A stretch of DNA of 59,035 bases, taken from positions 1-59,035 of the forward strand of contig JBOHNS010000003.1 in the NCBI GenBank assembly GCA_050730835.1, read 5' to 3'. Shown here piece by piece: positions 17,453 through 27,600 of the stretch. Made by a program: the position numbers and the translations under genes. Source of the DNA: Candidatus Saccharimonadales bacterium. GTDB taxonomy: Bacteria; Patescibacteriota; Saccharimonadia; Saccharimonadales; UBA4665. Below the pieces are notes generated by a model. The model saw only the letters and a program-made list of their open reading frames with translations, searched no databases and was not told the DNA's origin. Every line of letters starts with the position of its first letter. The first letter of the stretch is position 1.

Positions 17453-17649
17453 TTTGGAACGGACTTCGTCCGTAATAATCGATTTAGAGTTTGCTCAATG
17501 AGAAATGACAAATGAGCCATAAATGTGAATTGGCGAATGGCAAATGGCAATTTAGGACAATGCTGCGGATTGTAAGTTTCATAGTTAATTGCTAATCGGT
17601 AATGCATGGCCATTGGTAAATTGCTAATTGGTAATTGAAGCATAGCGAC

Positions 17650-18717
17650 TTATTCCCTCATCAATCGTTCAAGTTCTTCCATGTCGACGGCCACATTGCG
17701 CGCTTCTTCATAAGTAATGGTGCCGTCTTTGACCAGGCCGACCAAATTTCTGTCCATCGATTGCATGCCAAATTCAGCGCCGGTTTGGATGACGGCCTCC
17801 AACTGGTGACTTTTGCCTTCGCGAATAATATTGCGCACCGCCGGCGTAGCCACCAAAACTTCGGCCGCTACCACCCGGCCGCCACCAATGGACGGCACCA
17901 GCCGCTGCGAACAAATGACTGTCAAAATGTTGGCCAGCTGGGCGCGGATTTGCGATTGCTGATGCGGCGGGAAAACGTCAATCATGCGATCAATACTTTG
18001 CGACGCGCTGTTGGTGTGCAGCGTGGCAAACACCAAGTGCCCAGTTTCGGCAATCGTGATGGCGCTCGCGATCGTCTCTAAATCACGCATTTCGCCGACC
18101 AAAACCACGTCCGGATCCTCGCGCAAAGCCGAGCGCAGCGCCGCGCTAAAAGAATAAGTATCATAATGCACCTCGCGCTGCACGACAATCGATTTTTTGG
18201 ATTTGTGGGTGTATTCGATTGGGTCTTCGATGGTGATGATGTGCTTGGATTGTTCACTGTTGATGCGGTCGACTAATGACGCCAAACTGGTCGATTTGCC
18301 CGATCCCGTCGGACCAGTAACCAGCACCAAACCGCGCGGATAATTAGCAAACTTGCTGACAACCGCCGGCAAACCGAGCTGCTCGACGCTCAAAATTTCG
18401 TTCGGGATCAGCCGCAAAGCCGCTGCCATATTGCCGCGCTCGTGAAAAGCGTTGACCCGAAATCGGCCGAGATCGCCGAAGGCGAAGCTGAAGTCGAATT
18501 CTTTGTCTTTGAGCAATATCTGCTTTTGGTCCTCGTCCAAAATGGCAAACACCAGCGTCTCCAGCGTTTCTTCGGTCAATAAATCGGCGCCGTGCACAGC
18601 GACCAGCGTGCCGTCAATCCGAAGCATCGGCGGCAGCCCGACCTGCAAGTGCAAGTCGGAAGCTTTTTTGCGCACGACTTCTTCCAGCAAAACTTCGATT
18701 TTAGGCTGGCCTTGCAC
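17650..18717 (-). CDS. pilT: Twitching-motility ATPase PilT
   Basis: ASDLHLQVGLPPMLRIDG, Walker A GPTGSGKST, Asp box, His box. GTG at 18717 preceded by AAGGGAG. The longest ORF (to 18756) starts in the degenerate heptamer repeat. Confidence 0.9.
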   Translation of the reverse strand: MQGQPKIEVLLEEVVRKKASDLHLQVGLPPMLRIDGTLVAVHGADLLTEETLETLVFAILDEDQKQILLKDKEFDFSFAFGDLGRFRVNAFHERGNMAAALRLIPNEILSVEQLGLPAVVSKFANYPRGLVLVTGPTGSGKSTSLASLVDRINSEQSKHIITIEDPIEYTHKSKKSIVVQREVHYDTYSFSAALRSALREDPDVVLVGEMRDLETIASAITIAETGHLVFATLHTNSASQSIDRMIDVFPPHQQSQIRAQLANILTVICSQRLVPSIGGGRVVAAEVLVATPAVRNIIREGKSHQLEAVIQTGAEFGMQSMDRNLVGLVKDGTITYEEARNVAVDMEELERLMRE

Positions 18718-18745
18718 TAGACGCTCCCTTGGGTCGCTCGATTGG

Positions 18746-18766
18746 CCATTGACCATTGACTGTTGA
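18746..18766. repeat. Degenerate (CCATTGA)n repeat, 3 units
   Basis: ccattga ccattga ctgttga, in the same position relative to pilT as the 17420 repeat is to pilC. Confidence 0.7.
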
Positions 18767-19026
18767 CCCTTTTTGGCGCGCGTTGCGCCTGTAGTAATTT
18801 ATTTATTAATTCACCCCATGACAAATAAAAAATGTGAAATTTGAAATATGAAATAAATGCCGAGACGCTGCCTTCGGTCGCTGCCATGAGCCATTTACCA
18901 TTAACAAATGACCGAGCATTAGCAATTAACAATTTACCAATTGTTGAAGCTACATGGCTAATAGCTAATTGGCGATGCATTGCTACTGGTAATTTGGTAA
19001 TTGGTAATGTCTGCTTTTTCATATTT

Positions 19027-20814
19027 TTAAATGCTGCCTTCAGATGCCACGCGGTTTATTTCGGTTACGGTGGTTTGCCCGCTTAAAACTTTCAAATAGC
19101 CGTCCTCGCGCATGGTTACCATGCCTTCAGTTTGAGCTTGGGCTTGGATTTCACCGCTGGTTGAGCGTTTTAAAATTAAATCCTGAATTTTATTAGTTAC
19201 TTCGAAGGCTTCGTAAATGCCCATGCGGCCTTTGTAACCTTCGGGTGCTTCCAGGCTGTCAATGCCTCTACTTAAAGTATAAGCGTTTTGTGCCCGAAGT
19301 GGCAAGCCTTGATAGCCCAAATCATGGCTGACTTTCTGCTGATCGGCCAGGCTAGCCGGCAAAATGTTGTTCATGGCGGTGTTAATGGCGGCTGTTTCTA
19401 CGGCATCAGACGTATAATTTTCTTTTTGCGAGCCGATACGGCGCACCAAACGTTGGCCGATAACGGTGCGCACCGTCGAAGCAATCAAAAATGGTTCGAC
19501 GCCCATATCGAGCAGTCGCGGCAAAATGCCGCCCGCCGAATTGGTGTGCAACGTCGAAAAAACCAAATGTCCGGTCAGCGCCGCCTGCACCGCTAGTTCG
19601 GCCGTTTCTTTGTCGCGAATTTCGCCGACCATAATGACGTCCGGATCTTGACGCAAAATCGAGCGCAGTCCGGACGCAAAAGTCAAACCAACGCCATTAT
19701 TGACCTGGATTTGATTAATGCCGTCAATTTTATATTCCACCGGATCTTCCATGGTAACGATATTGACGTTACTAGATTTTATTTCTTGCAGCAGCGCGTA
19801 CATAGAAGTCGATTTGCCCGATCCCGTCGGGCCGGATGTCAAAACCATGCCGCTGGTTTGCGCCACGCCGTTTCTGACAGCGCGCAGCGTCCGGCCACCA
19901 TAACCCATGTCTTCCAGTCTCAGACTGGTGCCGGATTTATCGAGCAAGCGAATCACCACTTGCTCGCCCCAAACCACCGGCGAAATGGCGATACGCAAAT
20001 CGATTTTGTGCCCGCCCGCGATAATGCTAAAGTCGCCGTCCTGCGGAATGCGGTGTTCGTCGATTTTCAAACTCGATAAAATTTTGACGCGCGACACCAG
20101 CGCCGGCTCGGTGCTTTTGCGCAACTGCATAATTTCGCGCAGCATGCCGTCGATGCGGCAGCGAATTTTGAACATGGTTTCGGTCGGTTCCATGTGCACG
20201 TCGCTGGCGCGGTTGCTGGCGGCGTATTCCAAAATCGTCGACAGCGCCTCAGATATCGGCGAATCTTGGACGATGGTTTTGATAGTTTTATCTTTGTCGT
20301 TTAGGGCCGGAGTTTTGGCGTTTTGTTTGCCGGGCGAGCCGATAACTTCGCCGGCAATATCCTGGCCAAGGCTTAACTTATACTGTTTTAAGACATTGCG
20401 AATGCCCGATTCGCTGGCTGAATAAACTTTTAGCGGTCGGCCGATTTTGTTCGATAAAAAATCTACCGCCTGCAAATTATCGGCGTCCAGCATAGCCACC
20501 ACCAAGCTGTTTTGCATTTCGCCCAGCGGCACGGCCATATAATGTTCAGCCGTGTCCTGCGGCAATAGCTCCAAAACCTTGCTATCAACGCGCGCCTTGC
20601 TCAGATTGACATAGGGCACTTTGTTGATTTTGGCAATAATGCCGGTTAACTCTTCATCGCTGACATGGCCGCCGCTGACCAATAAGCCCATAAACGGCTG
20701 GCCTTTTTGCTTGGCTTCTTCTTTGATTTTGGTGATATCACCGGGCGTAATAAGCTTGCGCCGCAGCAGCTCGTCCTCGACTTGCTTTTGGGTGTCAACC
20801 GATAAGACCGCCAT
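19027..20814 (-). CDS. pilB: Type IV pilus assembly ATPase PilB (GspE family)
   Basis: 595 aa. N-terminal GSPII_E_N-like domain, Walker A SGPTGSGKST, GspE signature regions. Confidence 0.9.
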   Translation of the reverse strand: MAVLSVDTQKQVEDELLRRKLITPGDITKIKEEAKQKGQPFMGLLVSGGHVSDEELTGIIAKINKVPYVNLSKARVDSKVLELLPQDTAEHYMAVPLGEMQNSLVVAMLDADNLQAVDFLSNKIGRPLKVYSASESGIRNVLKQYKLSLGQDIAGEVIGSPGKQNAKTPALNDKDKTIKTIVQDSPISEALSTILEYAASNRASDVHMEPTETMFKIRCRIDGMLREIMQLRKSTEPALVSRVKILSSLKIDEHRIPQDGDFSIIAGGHKIDLRIAISPVVWGEQVVIRLLDKSGTSLRLEDMGYGGRTLRAVRNGVAQTSGMVLTSGPTGSGKSTSMYALLQEIKSSNVNIVTMEDPVEYKIDGINQIQVNNGVGLTFASGLRSILRQDPDVIMVGEIRDKETAELAVQAALTGHLVFSTLHTNSAGGILPRLLDMGVEPFLIASTVRTVIGQRLVRRIGSQKENYTSDAVETAAINTAMNNILPASLADQQKVSHDLGYQGLPLRAQNAYTLSRGIDSLEAPEGYKGRMGIYEAFEVTNKIQDLILKRSTSGEIQAQAQTEGMVTMREDGYLKVLSGQTTVTEINRVASEGSI

Positions 20815-20835
20815 ATTTATTTAAACCTTTAGCCC

Positions 20836-21093
20836 TTAGCCCTTAGTCTTGGGTTGAGCAAACGGAGTCAGATTATTATTGTTGCCAATCTTAATAAGTT
20901 GCGTCGGATTAATCGATTTTTGATTAAAATATTTTGTGTCCGGCGTCGGAAAATTCTCGGAAATCGACGGCACAACTTCAACTTTTTGCTGGCGATTCTT
21001 GGGCGTGTTAAACAAAAATTTGGCGACAAATATCGAAATCACGGCGCTCACGGCAACGGCGATAATGATGGTTACGATATCTTTTTGTTTCAC
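20836..21093 (-). CDS. Small single-pass membrane protein in the pilus operon
   Basis: 85 aa, N-terminal TM (IVTIIIAVAVSAVISIFVA). Overlaps the upstream gene by 4 nt. Function not recognisable. Confidence 0.45.
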   Translation of the reverse strand: MKQKDIVTIIIAVAVSAVISIFVAKFLFNTPKNRQQKVEVVPSISENFPTPDTKYFNQKSINPTQLIKIGNNNNLTPFAQPKTKG

Positions 21094-21758
21094 TGTATTT
21101 CCCTGCTGGTGATGACGAATTTTTTACCTGGTTGATAATATGTTTGATAGCTGGCTTCTAGCGTCAGATCATTTTGGTTGCCTGATAATTTCATAGTCAG
21201 CGGCTGCAGCGGCCGGATGGAATTTTGAAAGTCGCTGACCACTTTTTGGATGTTTTGATAGCCGCCATCAATTTTAAAACTAAATGGCATAGCCACCGGC
21301 GCAGGCGAGGCGCTAGCCGTATTTTGCTGCTGCAACTGATCGTCGGTGCCACCAATCTCATCGATATTAATGCTTTGGCGGCTGAGCAAAGCTTGCAAAC
21401 TGCTGGTCAGCGCCGGAAAATCATATTTGCTGGGCAAAGCGTCTAGCACAATTTGGGCGTTGTCGCCGTCGCTGGCTTGCTGGCCGCTAGAATTGCCGCC
21501 GATAATATTTTGCGTCTGGGTTTCGAAAGCTTTGTACGAAGCATTAAGGTTTTGTTCGACACTAACATCGCTTTTTAGCTGCGTTAAGGCCGTTTTGCGG
21601 GCCGCGGCCACCCGATTTTGATAGCCCATTTGGCTAATCAAAGCCCGGCTGGCGATAAACGAAAAGATAATCACAAAGGCCGCGACCGAAGTTACGGCCA
21701 CAATCGTGGCGTTAGCTTTATCGATTTTGAGTTGCTTGACTGACGGCGACTTGGCCAT
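21090..21758 (-). CDS. PilO-like pilus assembly protein
   Basis: Bitopic: TM, then coiled coil, then a C-terminal domain. Lies directly after pilN with a TAATG overlap. Assignment rests mostly on position. Confidence 0.5.
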   Translation of the reverse strand: MAKSPSVKQLKIDKANATIVAVTSVAAFVIIFSFIASRALISQMGYQNRVAAARKTALTQLKSDVSVEQNLNASYKAFETQTQNIIGGNSSGQQASDGDNAQIVLDALPSKYDFPALTSSLQALLSRQSINIDEIGGTDDQLQQQNTASASPAPVAMPFSFKIDGGYQNIQKVVSDFQNSIRPLQPLTMKLSGNQNDLTLEASYQTYYQPGKKFVITSREIQ

Positions 21759-22453
21759 TATTGATTACCTCCGCTGCTGGGTTGGCCTTGTTGAATTTTA
21801 GGTTGTTTTTTGAACAACAATGTTGGCCGCTGGGCAATCGAATTGCTGGCAATTTTGTTCGGAACCGTTAGTTGGCCGCTCTTAGAAGTGTCAAAAATCG
21901 CCCGATCAAAATCCAGATCGATTTTATAATTAGCGCCTTTGCCGGTTTGCAAACCAAAGGACGACAAAACGACATTAGAAAAGGCCGAGCTTTTAGTTTT
22001 GCCATAAGTCGTCGATTTCAGCGTATCGACGTATTGGTTGACGGTTTTCAAATCATTGGCGTTGCCTTGAATTTCTAGTGTATTATTTTGAAAATCAGCA
22101 TTGAGCGACGAAATATTGGCCGCCACCGGTGTAACTTTGGCCATATCATTAAACAGCCTGGTGGCCACCGGTTTCTGGGCGTCGATGGACGGCAGCGCGC
22201 CCAGCTGGTTTTGCACCGTTAAAATTTTATTGAGATCATTGGTTCTGCCCAGTTGGCTTTGATTGCTTTTGATATTATGGTTTAAATAGCTCAGATGGTT
22301 TTTTTGAATAATGTCAACGTAGACAATCAAAATAATAAATATGACTAAGACCACAATGGCCACGGCCACGGACACAAAAATCACCAGCCGTTTGATCCGC
22401 TGCGCGCGGATAAAAGCCATCTTGACATCGGGCAATAAATTAAACTGAATCAC
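21758..22453 (-). CDS. pilN: PilN-like pilus assembly protein
   Basis: With GTG at 22453 the N-terminus is MIQFNLLPDVK (the conserved INLLP motif of PilN) followed by a TM. The longest ORF reaches 22513. Confidence 0.6.
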   Translation of the reverse strand: MIQFNLLPDVKMAFIRAQRIKRLVIFVSVAVAIVVLVIFIILIVYVDIIQKNHLSYLNHNIKSNQSQLGRTNDLNKILTVQNQLGALPSIDAQKPVATRLFNDMAKVTPVAANISSLNADFQNNTLEIQGNANDLKTVNQYVDTLKSTTYGKTKSSAFSNVVLSSFGLQTGKGANYKIDLDFDRAIFDTSKSGQLTVPNKIASNSIAQRPTLLFKKQPKIQQGQPSSGGNQ

Positions 22454-22595
22454 AATGCAAAACTCCGGTTTGCCATTAGCTTGTGGCCTGTAACTTGTAA
22501 CCTGTATCGCCAAAAGCCGATGGCTTTTGCAATAAATATATCAGCGCAGCTGGCCAAAATGATGACATGATAATAGCTAATGGCTAATGGTCTCG

Positions 22596-23648
22596 TCATA
22601 GCTGCCGCTCCGCCAATCCCGCGGCCACCGCGAATTGATTAGACACGGCTAGTAGCTCGTTCTGCCGATTGGGCGTGAATGACACGTTGCGCCAGGCATT
22701 GCCAATCTCGACATTGACACCGAATTTATTGGCAATATAAAGCGGCAATTCCGGCAAGGTCGCCGCGCCGCCAGTAACGATAATGCGCTCCAGCTTGGCA
22801 GCCGGATAGCGCGTCGCAAAAAACTTGATCGACTTTTCGATTTCGCCGACCAAAACATCGATGGTGCCGATAACCGCCTGATAAACTTGACCTTCCAGCT
22901 TGTCTTTATTGAGCCCAAATTTCGATACAAATTGCTGCGCCTGGGCATTATCGACGTTCAAATTTTGCGCCGCCGAGCGGACAATCGCTTCGCTGCCAGT
23001 GGCAATCGAGCGCACCAAATGCGGCGCATCGTTCATAATGATCGCCAAATCGCTGCTGCGGTTGCCAATATCCAGCACCATTTGCGGCGTCGTCGCGCCG
23101 GCCGGCACCAGCGCGCGGCCAAGTGCCAAACTGTCCGGCTCAAACGCGATGACGTTCAAGCCAAGGCTTTCTAGCATATCCAAACGATCCTCGATAAAGC
23201 TATTGGTAACGCTCGATAGCAAGATTTCAATCTTGGTTTTGTCGCTCGGTGAATCGCCGATGCTGGCAAAATCGATTTTGGATTCTTTGATCGATGTCGG
23301 AATCAGCGAATCGGCCTGATATTTAATGGCCGAATTCAGCTCGTTGCCCGGCAGCCGGTCAACGTCCACGACGGTTGTAAAAACTTTCTGCGCCGGCAAA
23401 CCAACGGCCACATTGCGCGTCGTCATATCGGCCTGGGTAATTAATTCTTTGATGGTTTTGACTAATTTTTGCTGATCAACTTTGGAATCGCTGGACACAA
23501 CTTTGGCCTCAATCGGCACATAAGCGTATTTCACCAGCGACTTACTGCCGCCACTGCCGTGCAAATGCACCAACCGAATCGCCGTCGTGCCAATATCCAA
23601 GCCAAAAAAATCAGACACTCCATTAAGCACGCCCGCTAGCAAATTCAT
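22596..23648 (-). CDS. pilM: PilM, actin-like ATPase of the pilus alignment complex
   Basis: FGLDIGTTAIRLV... and a second phosphate motif IIVTGGAATLP. First gene of the locus. Confidence 0.8.
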   Translation of the reverse strand: MNLLAGVLNGVSDFFGLDIGTTAIRLVHLHGSGGSKSLVKYAYVPIEAKVVSSDSKVDQQKLVKTIKELITQADMTTRNVAVGLPAQKVFTTVVDVDRLPGNELNSAIKYQADSLIPTSIKESKIDFASIGDSPSDKTKIEILLSSVTNSFIEDRLDMLESLGLNVIAFEPDSLALGRALVPAGATTPQMVLDIGNRSSDLAIIMNDAPHLVRSIATGSEAIVRSAAQNLNVDNAQAQQFVSKFGLNKDKLEGQVYQAVIGTIDVLVGEIEKSIKFFATRYPAAKLERIIVTGGAATLPELPLYIANKFGVNVEIGNAWRNVSFTPNRQNELLAVSNQFAVAAGLAERQL

Positions 23649-23889
23649 GCTGTTAGTTTTGGCCTCGACTGTTTAGTTTTGCTGGTTTTATTTGATTAAT
23701 CATTTTGCCCACTCTGAAATTTTCCCGTGCTTTGGATTATCTTGTAACGAGATTCATTGCCCTTAATTATACCACAAGCGGCGTGCAAGCATACAACTAT
23801 TTTTTGCCCCAAATTTTTCGCCGGCAAATAAACAACATCCTGCATCACAAAAACCACATTTAAGAGCTTCAGCTTCGTAAATAAATTTA

Positions 23890-24222
23890 TTAATCAGGCG
23901 AAAACATAGCGGTCAGTATGGCGCTGAGGCTGGCTCGGTCTTTTGCGCTTAATGGCGCCAAAATCTGGCTGGCGCGGCGCTTGTCGATGGTTTTTATTTG
24001 GTCGCAGGCCAAAGCGCCAGGATGATTGCCGTAATTAACAGACAGATAAAACGGCAGCGAGCGCATGGTGCTGGTCAGCGGCACGACTATAACCGTGCCG
24101 AGCGTGTCATTCATTTCGTCTGGTGAAACGACGGCGCAGGGGCGAGTTTTTTGCATTTGACGGCCGAAAGTTGGCTCCAGATTGCACCAATAGATCGTAA
24201 ATTGCTTGGGGCTGACTTTCAC
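23890..24222 (-). CDS. mazF: MazF/PemK-family toxin
   Basis: IYWCNLEPTFGRQMQKTRPCAVVSPDEMN...VIVVPLTS. Confidence 0.8.
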   Translation of the reverse strand: MKVSPKQFTIYWCNLEPTFGRQMQKTRPCAVVSPDEMNDTLGTVIVVPLTSTMRSLPFYLSVNYGNHPGALACDQIKTIDKRRASQILAPLSAKDRASLSAILTAMFSPD

Positions 24223-24226
24223 TTTG

Positions 24227-24499
24227 CTACGTCAAACCGTCTTTTAGTGTAGCTTCAATCTCGGCCCGCAAATCGCCGTAGTCATCAATCGTTGCCGGCT
24301 GACCATGCGCCGCAATTTCTCGCTCAATTTGCTGGCGCCAACCCGGCCGAGCTTTCGTGGGGGTTCGCAAAATAATCGCCCCGCGCCGCACATCCAGCTG
24401 CACCACGCCAGTCAAACCGCTCATCGCCAGCACTTGCTTTGGCAAACGCACAGCCATGCTGTTGCCGTCTTTGACTAGCTTGGTGGTGATAGTTGTCAT
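24227..24499 (-). CDS. mazE: AbrB/MazE/SpoVT-type antitoxin
   Basis: LVKDGNSMAVRLPKQVLAMSGL swapped-hairpin motif, directly upstream of mazF. Confidence 0.75.
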   Translation of the reverse strand: MTTITTKLVKDGNSMAVRLPKQVLAMSGLTGVVQLDVRRGAIILRTPTKARPGWRQQIEREIAAHGQPATIDDYGDLRAEIEATLKDGLT

Positions 24500-24603
24500 A
24501 GTGGTTACATTATACCCACTTGGTTAGCCAAGTGTCAATACACGCTTTAGCTAATTAACATGAATGAAAAATGATTAATGCTAAATAATGAACTAAAAAT
24601 TTA

Positions 24604-27600
24604 TCAAAGTATCGGCGGCAAACTGGTTATCGCCTGCACGGTCGGCCCCTTTTTCTGGTTCGGATAAGTCAGCCACACTGACGGCGAGTAGTCAAATTCC
24701 TCGGCAGCAGAATTGCCTGATCCTGAACCGCCAGATCCGCCGCCGCTACTACCGCCTACTGATCCGCCGCCACCTGATCCACCCGGTCCCGAGCCACCCG
24801 ATCCGCCGCCACCAGAACTGCATCCCCCACCATGGTGTCTGCCCCCACCACGAGAAAGTATACATTTAGCCGTAATGATTATAGGATTCATGGATTGGTT
24901 ATTAAGTTGTACGCTGGCAGCCTTGGCTCCAAACGACGGCCCCGCGCCAGGACTAGCCAAATGAATTGTCGAAACATCGCCAGCGCTATCGTAGGCCGTC
25001 CGATGCAGCGTAAGACTAGACGCCACCAGACTGCCATTGACGACCAAATTGGTGTCGCCGCAAGTCTGGGCTTTCGGCGCGCTGCCATCAGGCGGCGGAT
25101 CATAAAACCAGTCGGCCTGGCCAATGCCCGCACAATCATTAATCGTGCCGCCGTTTTCGGCCACATATTGGCCGGCCAATTTGCCGACGTTATTATCGAT
25201 ATTAATATCCCCGCCATCAGTAATTATTTCCAAATTCGGCATTTGCGATAGTTGAGATGTTACGCCGCCGTATGTAATATCGCCGCTAATAGTTATCGCC
25301 CCGCTGGAATATATGGCGATGTTGCAACCGAGCGGTATCGTGGCGCCGGAAATCGTGCCGCCAGCAACTTGATAGGCGTGGTGGCCCGAACAACCGTTGA
25401 TGGCTCCCGTCAGACTGCCGGATGGCAATGTCGTAAGCCCGGGATTGGTCTGACCGGTGGCGTAATAATTGCTGCCGCAATCGCTGGAGCTGGCGCCAAA
25501 ATACCCGCCATAGGGTGAACTATTCGTATTAGAAAACGTCAAACCTGTCGGCGGCCCCGGCCCGCTGTTCTGCGAACTGGCAAATTGATCGATCGCGGCG
25601 GCTGCAAAGGCTGCCAGCTGCGTGCCGGCGCCAGCATAACCGCCAGCCGCGTCTCGGTTAAAAGCCGCAATCGGCGCGCTGCTATTGGTGCACTGAAACG
25701 GCGCGCTGGCCGTGCCGGCTGCCGTCGTAGTCCCGGCCACAGCATCGCCGCCAAAAACTTTCAAATATGGCTCGGCATGAGTATAGGTCGAGCAAGTGCT
25801 GGCCGGCGGCGGATTGGGCTGGGCGCGCATACCAACCGTTGCAACTCTGCCGCCTGCGCTATTAACAGCCAAATGTCCCCACGGCGTTTTGGTGCTAATG
25901 GTGCCGTGCGACGGATTGGTGCTCAAATCAAAACAAACTTTATCACCATATTTCAGCGGCGGCAAACTAACCGGAAAATTCCAACTAACGCCCACCGTGC
26001 CAGTTGCAGTTGAGCCAGTTCCATAAGGCCCATAGGACGATTTTAGATTAGGACTAACCGTGCCGCCATAAGTACCGCTCGCCACAATTGAGCCATTGTT
26101 CGTTTGATGGAACACACTAACCGTCACGTGCGTATCAATGCCACTAACCTCAGAAGCCACGCGCAAATTCTTGCCGGCCGGCCCGTCCTCGGACTCATCA
26201 AACTTAACCTTTACCGAACCGTTATAAGTAGCCTGGGTCGGATTTTCCGGATCATTAATATTAGACGTCCCGTCCTGCGGCACCAAATCATACGTCCGGT
26301 TGAAGCAGGCGTTCATATTGTAGCCATTGGCATCGGACTCCGTATTAACATAATCCGTAGCCGGCGTAACGCCTTGATGCCAGTCGTACCACGGTTGTCC
26401 GGTGTAGGTGTTGGCAAGGTGAGTACAAGTGGCATTCTGGCCGCCACCGCCCGTATCGCCAGCATTGCAATAGGAAAAGTCAAAGACTTGAAAATTAAAG
26501 CCACTAATACAGTTGCCTTGTGCATCAAAAGCTGTGCACTGAAACTGGGTGCTAAAGACATTCGTGGCAGTATAATGAGTATAGTGATGGCAAGTGCTAA
26601 AGGTTCCATTAAGCGTATCGCCGCCGTTACAGGTATAATAATCTGGGCTAGACGATGAATACCAGTTTGTCTTGGTGTAATAGTCTTGGTAGCTAATCGA
26701 AGCTTGGTTATGATCATACGGATAAGTGTTGACAAACGGCGTGTAATCAACCGTGGCGCTGGTGAACGCGCCCTTTGTGCCAGCGGGCGGTTTGGAAGTT
26801 AGCGCCACTGCGCTGCCCCCAATGGCCGTGCTGCTTAAATCATTAACACTATTAATTTTTGTCTGGCCGTCTTTCTTCCGCTGCGTGTATTGATCGTTAG
26901 GAATGGTTGTGGCGCCGCTTTTGCCCGAGTCGTCTGCGAAAGTATTGGGCAATGGAATGGTAACTATGGTATTAGTCGCAATCCTCGGATCCCCCGGGCA
27001 GTTAATAGTCGTTGGCGGCGGTATAGGCGGCATAACATTTCCATTACCTGCTACCAGATTATAACAGAGACCAGAACCACGGCTACCCGGATCGCTTGTA
27101 CCGGTCACGGCTTTATCAATTGCTTCAATGCCGATCGTATTCGTGTTGCCCGGGCCAGTGTTTAATAGGCTTAGATAGCTTGCTAAATTCAGCGAGAAAT
27201 TAGCTGCGGTACTATTACTTTCGGCGGCGGTTGGGGTGCCATTGATATATAGCCTGGCCCAGTCATCTGCGATGCCCTCAAAAGTAGCTCCGCCCGCTTT
27301 GATATCAGCCAAATCTGCTGGAGTTATTGTAAAACTTTCCTGAAACAGGCCTATTCCGTTTGAGTAAACATTATCTGGAGCTCTGGCACCCCTCGGATAA
27401 TTTTGATAGTACAAACCTGGAGCACCTTCACCTGTATACATTTGGTCGACAGGATCTTCACTAGTGCCGTATGGATAATTGCTTGGCCATATTGCTGTAG
27501 CATTATTATAACTAGAGCAACCGTCCAACTTACTGGAAAAGCCAGATCCGACGCCGCCAAGGTTACCTCCGCTTGTGCCCCAACCACCGAGGCTTGTGCC

